This document shows positions 39,059 to 56,559 of a stretch of DNA of 64,000 nucleotides, piece after piece. The stretch is from Chlorokybus atmophyticus (taxonomy: Eukaryota > Plantae > Mesostigma and Chlorokybus algae): assembly GCA_009103225.1 (NCBI GenBank), contig RHPI01001819.1, positions 124,001-188,000 on the forward strand, in the 5' to 3' direction. The notes under the pieces were generated by a model that saw only the letters and a list, made by a program, of their open reading frames with translations, was not told the origin of the DNA and ran no database searches. Position numbers and translations under genes: made by a program. The first letter of the stretch is position 1. Every line of letters begins with the position of its first letter.

Positions 39059-40531
39059 GTGTACTATTCTGTATACGCACTGCTGTGCTCGCGCACACAG
39101 AGTTGTTGTGTACAAGCATGCATGGCCCTCAACCACCCAGCAAGCGAGCTTGTGCGGCCTAGTGCGCACTGCCGCACAAGCAGCAGCGGATCTGCTCCGT
39201 GCCGTCCGACGTGGCGGCCCCAAGTCATATGGATGGACCAGGATCACAACGTCTGGATCAATTAAGCCTGGGCTTTGTGGAACTGGCTTGAAGTGCGCAT
39301 GCATGCGATCTGCTGTGTCTAGTAACAAGGCAGCTGCAGGTCATTTGGCGCATGCATGCAAGCAGTACGCACAATGCTTATCGTAGCGTAAGGCCGCATA
39401 CCGGCAGAGACCATTGTGCTCAGATCATCTCAGCGTAAGCATTGCATTGCACTGTGCTTGTACAACAACTGCAAGGGTAACAGTGCAGTAGAAGTGGTGT
39501 CGTCCAAGCGTTGAAGGTCGTAGCGGTTGGCTGGAATGCTTACAAGGTACCAGCACATGTAGCTTGCTAACCGAATTGTAGGCTATACAAAGTTGTGTTT
39601 GCAGACATTGGCGCATGAGGTGACTGTCTTCCTTGTCTTCCTCCGGCAGGCAGAGCAACAGGCGAGCTGTGTTTGATCTCGCGTTGCTAGCTAGCTATAG
39701 GAAGCCTACCACACACTGTGACACGACTTGACTCTGTAAACAGCAGCTACTTGTTGATAGCGCTGCAAGAGTCATGGAAAGAAGGCCCTGTACACCGCAG
39801 CTTGCTTTAGATGCACACGGAAATGTATTCTCTTCCATTGCTATTACCTACACTCCCGTAAGGGACCCGTTCTGACAGATTTACTAGGATGGAAGTCACT
39901 GGGCAGCATGCACTGCCATGCATGCTTTGACACGACAGCCCAGTGTTAGCCTAAGCATACCTTTCTCTTCCCACATAGCGTTACCTGCGCCGTCCTTCGT
40001 TCCATAGGGAATCCATTCATCCATGTGGCTACGAACGATTAACCAATTTCACTACTCTTGTCTTCCAGATGGAATCTTTGGATCGCACTGCTGATGCATT
40101 ATCATCATCATCAGGCAGTGTTGTCTTCAGCGCATATTTGCCCTACTTGGAGGTAAGCAGACCGCGATTGCTGCTGCAGTCTTTTTTTGTTAAATGTCCT
40201 CTCTCGCACACAGTGTAGGGCAAGCACAAAGTAGCATTGTAAGTACGCCTGCTTGAGCCAGTGTTGTGGTTGCCAACGTGTCTGCTTGGTTGTGGTGATT
40301 TGGGCCAGCGTGCTATGTTTGTTGACAAATAGTTTATGACGCAACAACACTGTGAAGACAACAGATGCGTACCTTGGGTGTACAGGTTATGTAAAGTGTT
40401 GTTTTGCACACGTGCATGCCTCAATGTCAACTCAAAGTCATACAAGTATATTACACGGACATTCGCCTCCCATACAACCCACAAGCAGGTATTGTACACA
40501 CATATTCTACACACCAAAAAAAAAAACCGTC

Positions 40532-41636
40532 TCATAACCTTCTAAAGTACACTCCATCCACCCTCACTCCCCTCATCCACATACCCGAGTGTTTCCATAA
40601 CCTAAACATCGCGACGTCTCCCTCCTGTTCCACCATCAGCCGACCCACGCGGGCTTCGACCCAGCGACCACGCCTCTCGAGTGAAGCCGGCTCGAGACCA
40701 CGAAGCACAGAAGTCAGAACCACGCCGTTGTTGGCGCTCTCCAACGCAACGGATGCGCGCTGGGAGAGACAGATGGGTGTGAGTAAGCATGGAGGCATGG
40801 TGGCTATATGAGGTGGAGAAAAATGGTGTTGGTTGATTGTTATTGTGAACTTTGAGAGATAACAACAAATAACCATGTTTGTGGAATGTGGTGGAACAAC
40901 CATCAAGCGAAGCAAGCATGACATGCATGGAAGCCAAGCCTAGACTAGATACCAAGGGAAAGCAGGAATGCGCTGGCCAGGCATGACATAGTGTAGTATA
41001 GCATGCAGAAATGCTCTGCAGCGATACAGAAAACAATGCCATGCCATGAACGGACAGTGCACAGCAGCCAAGACACTGGTGCACTCTCACCAGATGTTCG
41101 CGTGGTTGGTCCGTAGGTTCAAGGCATATCCGCCAGAACACTCGGTACTCTCCTCTGCTGAGCTGCCTCTTTCCCGACAGCTCGAACCAGCATATGCCAG
41201 GCGGCCCCACCCTAATGCCGCCGCCCGTGACGCCGTCGGCAGCCTGGTCCGCCTGAAGCCAGTCCGGGTTCATGAGGTCCATGTCGGCGGCGGGGACGCG
41301 CTCCCACCCGTCCGCAGGAGACCCTCGCCGGCGGCGGTACTCTTCCGGGCCGCCGTGGCCTACACCTACGCCCCCGTCTCGCCCAGCCAGCGCCGACCAC
41401 ACCGCAGGGTCCCGCCAGGCCGACGCCGCCGCCCGGCAGGTCCTGGCCAGGGAGGCGGCGTCACGGGGCCCCTCCGACGCCGCCATCACCGCCACCAGCT
41501 CGTCGCGGGACAACAGCGCAGCCATCCCGCTCTGCTGCGGCCGCTCCTGAACGTCCATGTCCTCCTGCTTATCGTCCTGGTCGTGCTCCTCGTCCTGCTC
41601 CTCAGGGGAGAGCAGGCCGGCCAGCGCCTGGCCCAT
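40532..41636 (-). CDS. F-box protein with a PP2 (phloem protein 2)-like lectin domain, two exons (41636-41091, 40759-40532)
   Basis: F-box-like LLSRDELVAVMAASEGPRDAASLARTCRAAASAWRDPAVW. PP2-like motifs ICWFELSGK..LSRGEYRVFW, RWVEARVGRL and WMRGVRVDGVYFRR*. GT-AG intron keeps the frame. Confidence 0.78.
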
Positions 41637-44243
41637 GCTCGCCGCCGCCCTGGATACTGCGCGATTACCACGTGATTTTGTGAGTGTCGCACTTGAGCAT
41701 AAGCCTTAGCAACCTGCTAAGCCTTATGCACAACAACTTATAGTCTATAAGGGCAACGCAACCTCATAAATCTGTTGCGCCAAACCTCATGTTCTGAGGA
41801 CGGTCGTCTCAGTCAAAACTACGTGGTGCGGCTGTTTGGTCGGGCCGGGCCAGGGCCATCACACTTGGCACCCGCGACCGGACTGCCGGGCTGCGGCAGT
41901 ATGTGCGGCCTGCCTGCCTCTCATTGGCTAAGCGGCGAGTACTAGTGTTGTACCGTTGGATGTGCCAATACACGATCCTGGCCGTCCAAAGCACAGCAGT
42001 GCAGGCATGGCCTCATGACTGCATGTCGATTATTTCATATGCATCAAATGATAGTGACAACGGTGGTGACATAAAGGGGCATGTTGATTGTTGTTTATGG
42101 AACACAAATGCCCGCATATGAATGTATATAGGGGATAGTGTGATTTAATGGAGGTACGTTCGGTTAAGACAACTTGATCACTTGAACCACTAACAGGCAA
42201 CATCAACCGTCCACATTCACTTATAAAAAAAATTCAGACAACAATTACGTGTTTCATTGCCCGAAATCCGATTACAAAGACCGTGTTGAATGAGCAAAGC
42301 AATGGCAAGCAAGGATTGGTATTCATGCAGAGCAACAGCAACAGCAAATTATGCCATGTGTCGAAGTTGATCAATTGAATGTATACCATACACAAAAAGT
42401 GCTGCTGCCGTTACGCCGCGGTTTGTGAAAATAATTGTCGTATTCACTACGAGGTAGCGCCGTTGAATATGTAGTTACCGAGTAAGAGGTCAAAAGCCCG
42501 AAGCATCTTCGGTCGCCACGAGCAACGACAAACGGGGAACGACGGGTACGATGCCGCGCGCATTCGCGGCGCAGCGCCGTAGTAGCGCATAAAAGCGCGG
42601 TCTAAAACGCGCGTACGAGGTTGGGTGCCCCCCATACCCTCAAAAAGTCAGTTATCACATCATGATAACTGCCTTTCTACATGGCTGTTGTATTGCAATA
42701 TCAATCTTAACCAATTTTGTCTGGGCGTCGGGCTATGCCTTCGCCAAATAAAGTCGACATTTGACACTGTTGAGGCTGTTACAATCTCTTGGACTTGAAA
42801 GTGCAGCCATGCTGTCTCACCAAGCCTCAATTCAGAGATCAGCTGAGTATACTGCAAGTACGAATATTATGACCACAAAACTATTGAGTTTGTATTGAGT
42901 TTGGTATCTTATGTATTGTGTGTGCGGCATTACCTGTATACACAATGCGTGTTCAACGCATCATTACTACTATGCATTCACTTGTGATTATGCATCATTG
43001 CTATAAAAATAGCTGACTGTACAATTTTGCAAGCTTGCACATGCGTGCACAAATGTTAAACACTACGTTAGCAACAAACCGTCATTTATAAGGACATACA
43101 ACAATCTGCATTAATACCAACATGCCGTATACTCAAAGTGTTTGTGCAAGCGTGCTTATTAATGCTTTGTATGACTCAGCCAGTGGCATTTACACATTGA
43201 GTCATCATATGCTAATTTTTATCAGCAGGGTACATCTCGTTCCATATTGCCGTGCTATGAATTATACGTTCTTACAATGAAAAGTTATGCAAGGGCATTT
43301 TACAAACAAAACCCCCCCCTGCTCGACGGCAGCAACCATGCATTCCTTTATATAAATATATAGATACAGTAAAGTTCATACTTTCGCAGGGTTTAGACGA
43401 ATACAAGCCTATATATTATTTCGGCGCTTGACACAAACAACTTAAAACACTACAGTATGATAATATCGTCACAAACATGTTCTTAATGGTGATGCAATCT
43501 TATGAGGTGCTCATGAACATGAGCATTAACATGCTGTAACATTGCTGATACACAACTTCTATATTGTTGCATCAGTCATTGATTGTGTACAGCCATAATA
43601 CTGTGCATGGTTACTCATTTATTACTCATATATTGGCCTATTGTAATCAGTTTCTAGCTGATTGTACCAAGCCAACAATGGTTTGGCTAAGCTAGTTGGA
43701 ACTTAATATCATATTGAGTACATATGAGCATCATAAATTGCATTCGTATAAGTGGCAATTCTTAACTTTCTTTAACCTCCGCAAATGCACTTAAATTCGT
43801 GTATTGGATATAATAGAGCGAGAATGCAATATTACGTGCGGCACAAGCTTTCCGACCACAGCAAAGATGCATTTACAGCACTCATAGCACAAGCAAGCTT
43901 AAGGTAGACGCACAGCAAGCGGAGCCAGATCAAGGGGAGACAAAGCTATTTGGGCGGGGCAAGGTTGCAACTATGTGCAATGGATAAGTGCGTGCAGGGT
44001 GGTGGAAGGGCGGGGGGTGGTGTTGGTGGCAAGGGCAAGAGACTCTCCTGCACCAATTGAGAGGTGCAATGTTGAGCTTGTTATACACATATGTGCACAA
44101 CCCACAAGATGGTTAAAAAGATCATCAAGTCACAACATGGTATGGTTATGACCATACAGCGAACAGCATATAATGATCACCATTGCACGTGCAGCACAGG
44201 GTGATCACCCTGTGCTGTACGTGACAGTGTGAGCATATGTTGC

Positions 44244-44378
44244 ATGTATATATGTATATATATATATATATGTACATATATGTGTATATATATACATATA
44301 TATGTATATATATACACATATATACATATATATGTATATATATACACATATATACATATATATACACACACACACATA
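44244..44378. repeat. Compound (TA)n/(TATACA)n microsatellite
   Basis: Direct reading. Confidence 0.92.
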
Positions 44379-44964
44379 TATGCTCGGTCCAGATACTGAC
44401 AGGCTGTGAACTCCGGCAAATTCACTATAAAGAGATTGTCAACAGACAGCAACACGCATGCGGCAGATTAGAGGGCTAACAGCTTTTACTCGGCTGTCAT
44501 TAACATGTGAATAAAATTCAATTCGCATCTTGGTGGATCATATTTGGCAACGTACACACCGGCACGATTTTTCCATAGGTACATTGATAACATGTTGATG
44601 CAACATGTCCTATGATGTTTGCACAAACATGTTGGTTTGAATGCAATGCAGCATATTAAGCAACGCTTACGCATGCGTAAAGCAAAGAGTTTAATTGCTT
44701 GCGGAATGATTATTTAGCTGCATGTCAAGCACGAAGCTATAACTTGTGTCAATTGGCAATTATTGGTAAAACTGCGTGTTGCTGAACTTCAGCAGTGCTA
44801 CTGCATTAAACCACATGTACTGCATGGAATTACATGACATTGTGACCTTGGCTTGATGGAGGCCTCCCCAGTGGGCAGACGCATGCAGCGAGAGCATGCT
44901 TTTAACCAATCTGTTTTGTACTGGACCATAGCCAGGGACAGAATGACATACGGCGGCAGAGGCT

Positions 44965-47900
44965 GTGGAGGCGGCGGCGGGCATGCGGAGGGCGGCGGTG
45001 TCGCTGGTGAGGGTGTTGGTGTCGTCGTCGACGACCAGGAACAGCAGCAGCGCAGCAGAAGCCGCTGTCGCTGCCTTCGTAGCCGCTTCCCGCAAGCATG
45101 TCCTCAGCGATGGCCGCAAGATGTCGCTGGCGGCGGCAACGACGGCGACGACAACAGGGTTCCGCCCGCGCTTTGGACAACCCGGAGGAGGTCAAGGAGG
45201 AGGAGGAGGGCCAGGATTAGTAGCCTCCACCTTGCACCAGCCGTCAGAAATCTCCAGTGTGTCCACGACGTACCAACCCTTGCCTGATCCCACCCAGCTT
45301 CGCGCCGCGGTGGAGAGCCTCCTCGCCGCCGCCGAGGGTGAGGGCGGGAAGCAGGAGTGGGATGCCATGCGGGTACTGAGGTTGCTGCGCATACTACGAC
45401 GGTACAGGTGGCCGGAACAGGCAGTGCAGGTGCTGGAAGCCGCACGACGACTCAACATCGCCAACGCATGGACGTACCAGGTACAGTTGGCTACATGCCT
45501 TGGCTCACTTCCTTTTGCATAGTTGACTACTATTCACCGCTGCTTTCTGTGCATGGTGAAGGCGTGCATGTGCGTGCGCGTATGCATGTGTATGTGGGGC
45601 AAGTGGGGTTATGTGGGGGGCATTGTGTGAATGACTGCGAGTGACTTGGTCGTTGCCATAGGCTTGAATGGATTGGTCCAAAGCAGGCGTCCGTCATTGA
45701 AGCAACAGCATTTACCAGTAGTTGTGCAGTGGTCAGCATGTGCATGCGTGCGTCATCTTGTGTTGCCAAGCATTATCAGCGCTGTGTGCAATTCATTCAA
45801 TTATGAACCCAAGTTTGATACTTGCTACAGTGTTACCGCTCGCAAGCTACTCAACAGTGTACTAAAGTGGCCGCTCTCATGTATCATGTGCTCAACTGAC
45901 TTTTGCGCTGCTCACATCACAACAGTGTTGACCGTATCGGAGAAATTGTTATTGTGCACACGTGCATACACGCTTGCACTCTTTTAACTATGAGTAACGC
46001 ACAAGCATGCGCAAGCTCTGCGCTTGTCTGTGCTTCTGCGTCTTGTGCATATGGGCATGTGCACATCAACATACACGTGACGGTGCACCTGCATGCACGC
46101 AGGGTGCGGTTGCGGCAGTGGCAAAGTGCGGTCGGACACAAGAGGCACTGAGGCTTGTGGATGAGATGCGTGCGGCAGGTTACTTACCAACGGTGTTCAC
46201 ATACACGTCGCTCATCGCCGCACATGCGCGCACGCGTAACCTCCGCGGCGCCTTTGAGTACTTCCGTGAGATGCAAGCAGCTGGCATCCGCGCCACCAAT
46301 GTAACGTACACGTCTCTGCTCGAAGCGTGTGGTCGCGCCGGACGCCTCGATGCTGCCTTCTCAGGTTGAGCCGGCCGGGTAAAATCTGTTGGTATGATTT
46401 CTGTTGTGGGTGTGTTGTGTGCAGTTGTTGTAGGACTTATGCCTTTTGTCGGTGGCTTGTGCTCCAGTCATGGAGATGATGAGAAAGCAGCGCGAAGCGG
46501 ATATTCGCACGGCGTCGTCCTCCCTTACGAGGCTCGTGCACATACTTTGCCAAACAGGCAGGCCATCTCAGGTCAGGCATGCGATGTGTGCAGCGCTTGT
46601 GCGTGCGTCTGTGTGTGTGTGTGCGTGCAGGTACGTGCATGTAGGGGTGCGTGCGTTCGTGATCTTACGATCAGACGATGAATGTCACGTCTACTACTTG
46701 CCCACATTATGACAGACGCACACATAGTTGTGGCCTGCCTCCCTTCAAAAAGTAGACAGGTGTCTAGTTCACCATCACCTGATTATGCTTTTTCTGTAAT
46801 GCTTACAGGCTGCTGCGGTGCTACAAACAATGGCTGAGGCAGGTGTCGAGCCCACCGCGCAGGCTTACCAAACCCTCGCACGGGCGTGTCCGGATGACGA
46901 CGAGGACTTGCCGAAACTGTTCACCCGTACCAACCATATTAGCCGGGGCCTCGAGTTGGCCAGAGCCGCGCAGACCGGCGACGCGCATGCTTTAGACATG
47001 GATGCAACTTCTTCCGATGGATGGCACGTGGGGGCGGAGCTGCTGGCGGATTTGCGTGAGAAGGTTGCTGTGGACGACGATGATGACGTGGAGGATGTTG
47101 TTGGCATCGCAAGCGGCGTGCGTGATAGGGATGATGTCGGGGTCAGTGATACCGCAGATAGAGTGGATGCGATCGAGTTGGCTCGCCTTATGCACTCGCA
47201 GAGAGAAGGCGCAGTGCAGGTAAGCTGTAATCTTTAGAGTTGGCTTGCGATTGTTGTGATGTTGTGTCAAACCATGTTGTTTGTGCAGACGACCAGGCCT
47301 TCAGAGGATGCTGATGCGGTGGACGAGCTGTCGGCGTTCATGTGCTCGCAGATCGGTTTAGGTTTGAGCGAAGCGCAGCAGCTCATCGCAGATTGCACGT
47401 CGAAGGGTACGTCGGTCCCGTCCCCCGCACTCATCAAGGCCCTGCACGCCCACCGCGTGGGCACCCGCACCAACGTCGCGCTGTACCGCATCGTCCTGAA
47501 GGCGTGCGCACGGGCTGGAGAGGTCGACAACGCGATGCAGTGGCTCGAGACGATGCAACGCGAGGGCGTCCTACCGGACCCGTCAGTGTTTGAGACGCTC
47601 ATGACGCTCTGTGCGCAGTCAGCCAACCTGGACCTCGCCAAGCAGTTCGCCAAAGCTATCGCCACAGTAAGCATGTTGTGGTTGTCGCTGCTGCTGCTGT
47701 TGTTGTTAGTACCACATAACACTAGACTTAGTACTGTGACGTGATGTCAACGTATCTGCACTGTGTACTATACTCTGTGGTTGTGTGCGTGTTCGCCCGC
47801 ATCAAGCACTCGTGCATGCACAGGGACTATGCGGGCATACAGTGTGTATAGCACAACATGTGCTTGAGAGAGTGCAGTGGTAACCACGCTTGTTATGCAG

Positions 47901-48614
47901 GAGATTATTACGCCGACTCCCACCTACTTCACGCTGCTCAACATGTGCAGCAAGAACAACCGCATGGACCTGGCCGCGATCGTGCACCGGCAGATGCAGC
48001 AGGAGGGCGTGCGTCCGCTGACCACCGCGCACCACACCATACTGATAGAGTATCATGGTCGCTCACGCAACATGGAGGCCGCCGTAGCCGAGTTCGAAAA
48101 CCTTCAGAGTCGCGTGCATCGGCCTCTTCCGCCTGCATTCAGCGTGCTCATCGACGCGTTCGGGTTCTGCCGAGACAAAGAGGGCGTGAGGTGGGCGTGG
48201 AAGCGGATATCACAGATCGGGGCCGTGCCCAACCTCAACAACCACGTGTCGTACATGGAGGCTTTGTGTCGATGCGGTCTCATCGATGAGGCACTCGTGC
48301 ATTTTGACGCGCTCGAGCACTTGGGCGTGAGGCCTGACGCTAAAGTGTACGGCACGCTCATTGGCTTCTGTCTCCTCAATGACATGGCGCCCACTGGCGT
48401 GGAGTTGTGGCATCATTGTCGTAGGCTTGATGTTGAGCTCACGGGACTGCTGCTTGACAAAGCCATCTGCCTCGCACATGCGTTGAAAGATGTCTCGCTT
48501 GCACGCGAAGTGCGTGAGGAGATGCGCAACTTTGGCTTGACGCTAAGAGACATGCCGTGTTTGCGGGTGAGGTCGATCTCTGCGTTCATGGAGCAAGCCT
48601 CTCAGTTATGTTGA
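44965..48614 (+). CDS. P-type pentatricopeptide repeat (PPR) protein with a probable organellar transit peptide, about six exons
   Basis: Arg/Ser/Ala-rich N-terminus. 35-aa repeats such as VFTYTSLIAAHARTRNLRGAFEYFREMQAAGIRAT, NVTYTSLLEACGRAGRLDAAF.., VALYRIVLKACARAGEVDNAMQWLETMQREGVLPD and NNHVSYMEALCRCGLIDEALVHFDALEHLGVRPD. Acidic insert between the repeat tracts. Confidence 0.93.
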
Positions 48615-49822
48615 GGATAGGGAGTCTGGCACACATTGTGCAGATGTAGATGTGGTAGGTTGCGTTGCTTGCCATGTATATGATACTGATGTCGTGGCAT
48701 ATGCTCTCAAGCTGGGCTTAGTGCTCATGCATGCAATGTTTGTTGCGATGCAGTTATGGTCACGAGTTTACATCAATGGTCATGTTCAACCTCTAGTACC
48801 TTTGTACTAGTAGAGAGGTACCTCAGCATGAGGACTATGCGGAAGGCGGGGGGGGAGGGGAGGAGGGGTCGCGCACATTCTTTTCACCAGGTCGCTACAG
48901 CACAACCTATCGCAGGACTACCTGCCTTGGCCTTAGCTGCCTGTCCTTGCTATTGCTTCTGCTATTGCCTTTGCGGACACAACGGGGAGGAATAGTAGGT
49001 GGTGAGTTAGGTAGAGTAGCCCGGTAGTGAACTATGTGATAGTGTTACTTGTTGGTGGTATAATTGTGGGACGATGGTGATTGTCACTATGCATGAGTAT
49101 GTTCCTCGCGCATTGTATGTACAGGTAATCAGCTGTCAATGTGCTACATGCTGGTTGGGTAGTTACTCATCAAGTATTGCCCAACTTTACCCCACTTCCC
49201 ACTTGCATGCACTTTGCTAAAGAACATAGCTGTAGCTTTGCCCCGGCCTTCATTGCATGGATTTGTGATGTGCTGTTGATGTCATGTGAGGTTGTGTGAT
49301 TTAACTTTCTGTATTACCCTGTGCCATACACAAGAATCACAGGGTTATGAATGCCGCACTATGCTAGCAATATGACAGAAAACGCGTGTACTTTGCTACA
49401 TGTCTGAAGTGCATTGACTTTGTATACTTGTGCAAATTGTTGATGTGCTACTCAACGAAACAATTTCTTATCGTGTAGTTGGCATTATGGGATGGATGGT
49501 ATTTATCATGTGCGCATACTATTCCTCAATGCATCACATGTAGCATGGTGATCGAGTTAAGGGGCAGAATGCATTCAACTAATCATTTCCTGATCGGCAC
49601 AAGCGGCTATAAGTCACTTGGACACAAGTGCCTTTGCATGAGCAGTCAGCGAGTTAGGCATGTCATGCGGGCAGCATCGTAGGACATTGCATCAGCAAAT
49701 CAAGCAGGTCCAGTCTGTACACCAGTTGAACACAGATAATGATCATTGCTAAAGCATGCATAACCTGACTCTGCATGTGCTGGCACATCACCACATGTAT
49801 TGCAAAGCCATCCAGTGGCTGC

Positions 49823-52436
<2,614 letters not shown>

Positions 52437-52691
52437 ACTTCCCTCCCTTCAGCATGCAAGCAAGCAAGCAGGACACTGGCAAGCCCACATGCTCTGGCCC
52501 AGCCTCCCTGCAACCTTATATAGCCTAAGCGGCGAGAGCGCCACGCGTGAGCAGCTGCTGCTGCCTGCCCACGCGTGTGTCGCTACAGTGAACTGTTGTT
52601 TTTGTTTCCTACGCTGCTCCATCTCTCGTCCGACAGCAAAACGACCAGTGGTGAGAACGAACTACGAACTCACTAGTCGGCAAGCACATTA

Positions 52692-52962
52692 GGCCGGTAA
52701 GAATTTGCTTGTTGGTTCTGCGTCGGCCGACCGACCCAAACATGGGCCGAAAAACGTCGAAAATACTAATAGCATTGCTATATCTCAGCCATCGACCGAC
52801 CCTTGCTGCCGGCCTCGGTCCGCTGTGGTCACACGCCGACCTACGAGAAAGCCAGTCTGCACATTACCAAGACTGTTGTGCGTCGGCAAATGACAACGAC
52901 CGACCGACCGATCGGTCAATATGACCGCCCGACGCAGAACCAACCATTAAATCACACCGGCC
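52692..52962. mobile_element. MITE-like element between divergent paralogs A and B
   Basis: Terminal inverted repeats GGCCGGT..ACCGGCC extend imperfectly (GAATTT/AAATC). TA dinucleotide on both flanks. Interior has repeated CGACC/CCGAC motifs; 271 bp, no ORF of note. Confidence 0.55.
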
Positions 52963-53446
52963 TAATAGGGCCGCAGTTAGTGCACCTGACGGTCTGTGTG
53001 TCTCTCCAACGCCAGAGCGTCGCTTGCTTGGGCCGAGAGCGCCCCCTCGCGTATTTCAATCATCGCATTGCACACGCCAGGTACACCTGCTTGCGACTTG
53101 TCTCCTCTTGTGGACGAGTGTGAGGCAGAGTAGTAGGCTAATCCTATGTAGGGTAAATGTGCCCCCTTAACTTGGGAACCGCCCCTGTGGGGATGGGGAT
53201 ATTTTGAGGACTTGTCGCGACATCTGCGGCTCCAGTGCTCACAGCATGATAGCCTAGTGGTGTTTGCTAAGTTGCTTCGCTGTCGTTTCTCGTCTGATGA
53301 GGCAAGGGACGGCTTAGGAAACAAACGCAACATGACAAGAACACACGCAAGACTGAAGCGAGCCGCGTAGGCAGGCAGCTACGCTCACGCGTGGGCTCTC
53401 GTAGGCTGTAGGGTAGTAGGGGAGGCTGTGTGTCCGTGTTGCTTAC

Positions 53447-55833
<2,387 letters not shown>

Positions 55834-56559
55834 GGCAGGCTCTGGACGCTTCATATGCTTGTCTTTATATAGTAGAAACTGGATAGATACCACGATCTGC
55901 GAAGGCGATTGTGTCCAGGCGAACCTATAGCTGTTGGTGCTAATCAACAATTAATTGTTTAGTTTCAGTGTCTCCAATGATATGTATAAACATACATACC
56001 TAATGCATTAAGGAGTAAAGCAAGCACCCATGATGTATACCATCCATTGCATGATCTCAACAATTACGTGATAAGATATTGAGCAACGCATATTTATTAC
56101 CCATTCATGTATATAAGCTCAATGCAAGCTCATTTTTTCAATGCAAAGCTACACTATGTTCTTCAGCCAAGTGCATGCAAGTGACATGCGGGGCGGAGTT
56201 GGGCAGTGCAGGTAGGCTTGGAAAGTACCTAACAACAACATAGCACAATGACCCTGGTTTTTGTGTCTGCAAAGCGAATAGAAGCAATAGCAAGGATAGG
56301 CAGCCAAGGCCAAGGCCGGGGGGTAGTCCTGTGATGTGTTGTGCTATAAGCAATCTATTGAAAAAATTGTGGCACACCTTCCCCAAGCATCCTTGTTCAG
56401 GAGTGTCGGGCCATATCCCGTCGTTGCTTGAGGATGCCGTTCATGAGCTTGTCATGGCCTCATAATCCTGCACCTTCTCCATGTCCACATGTCATAGCTT
56501 CCATACATGTATGCTACTGGTAGCTCAGGATGCTCCCGAAGCTGCCCGTTTGTGCACAT

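Noticed and set aside
38879-39390. Exon-like plus-strand fragments between the hydrophilin and F-box genes
   Set aside because: No consistent frame, start codon or motif could be assembled.
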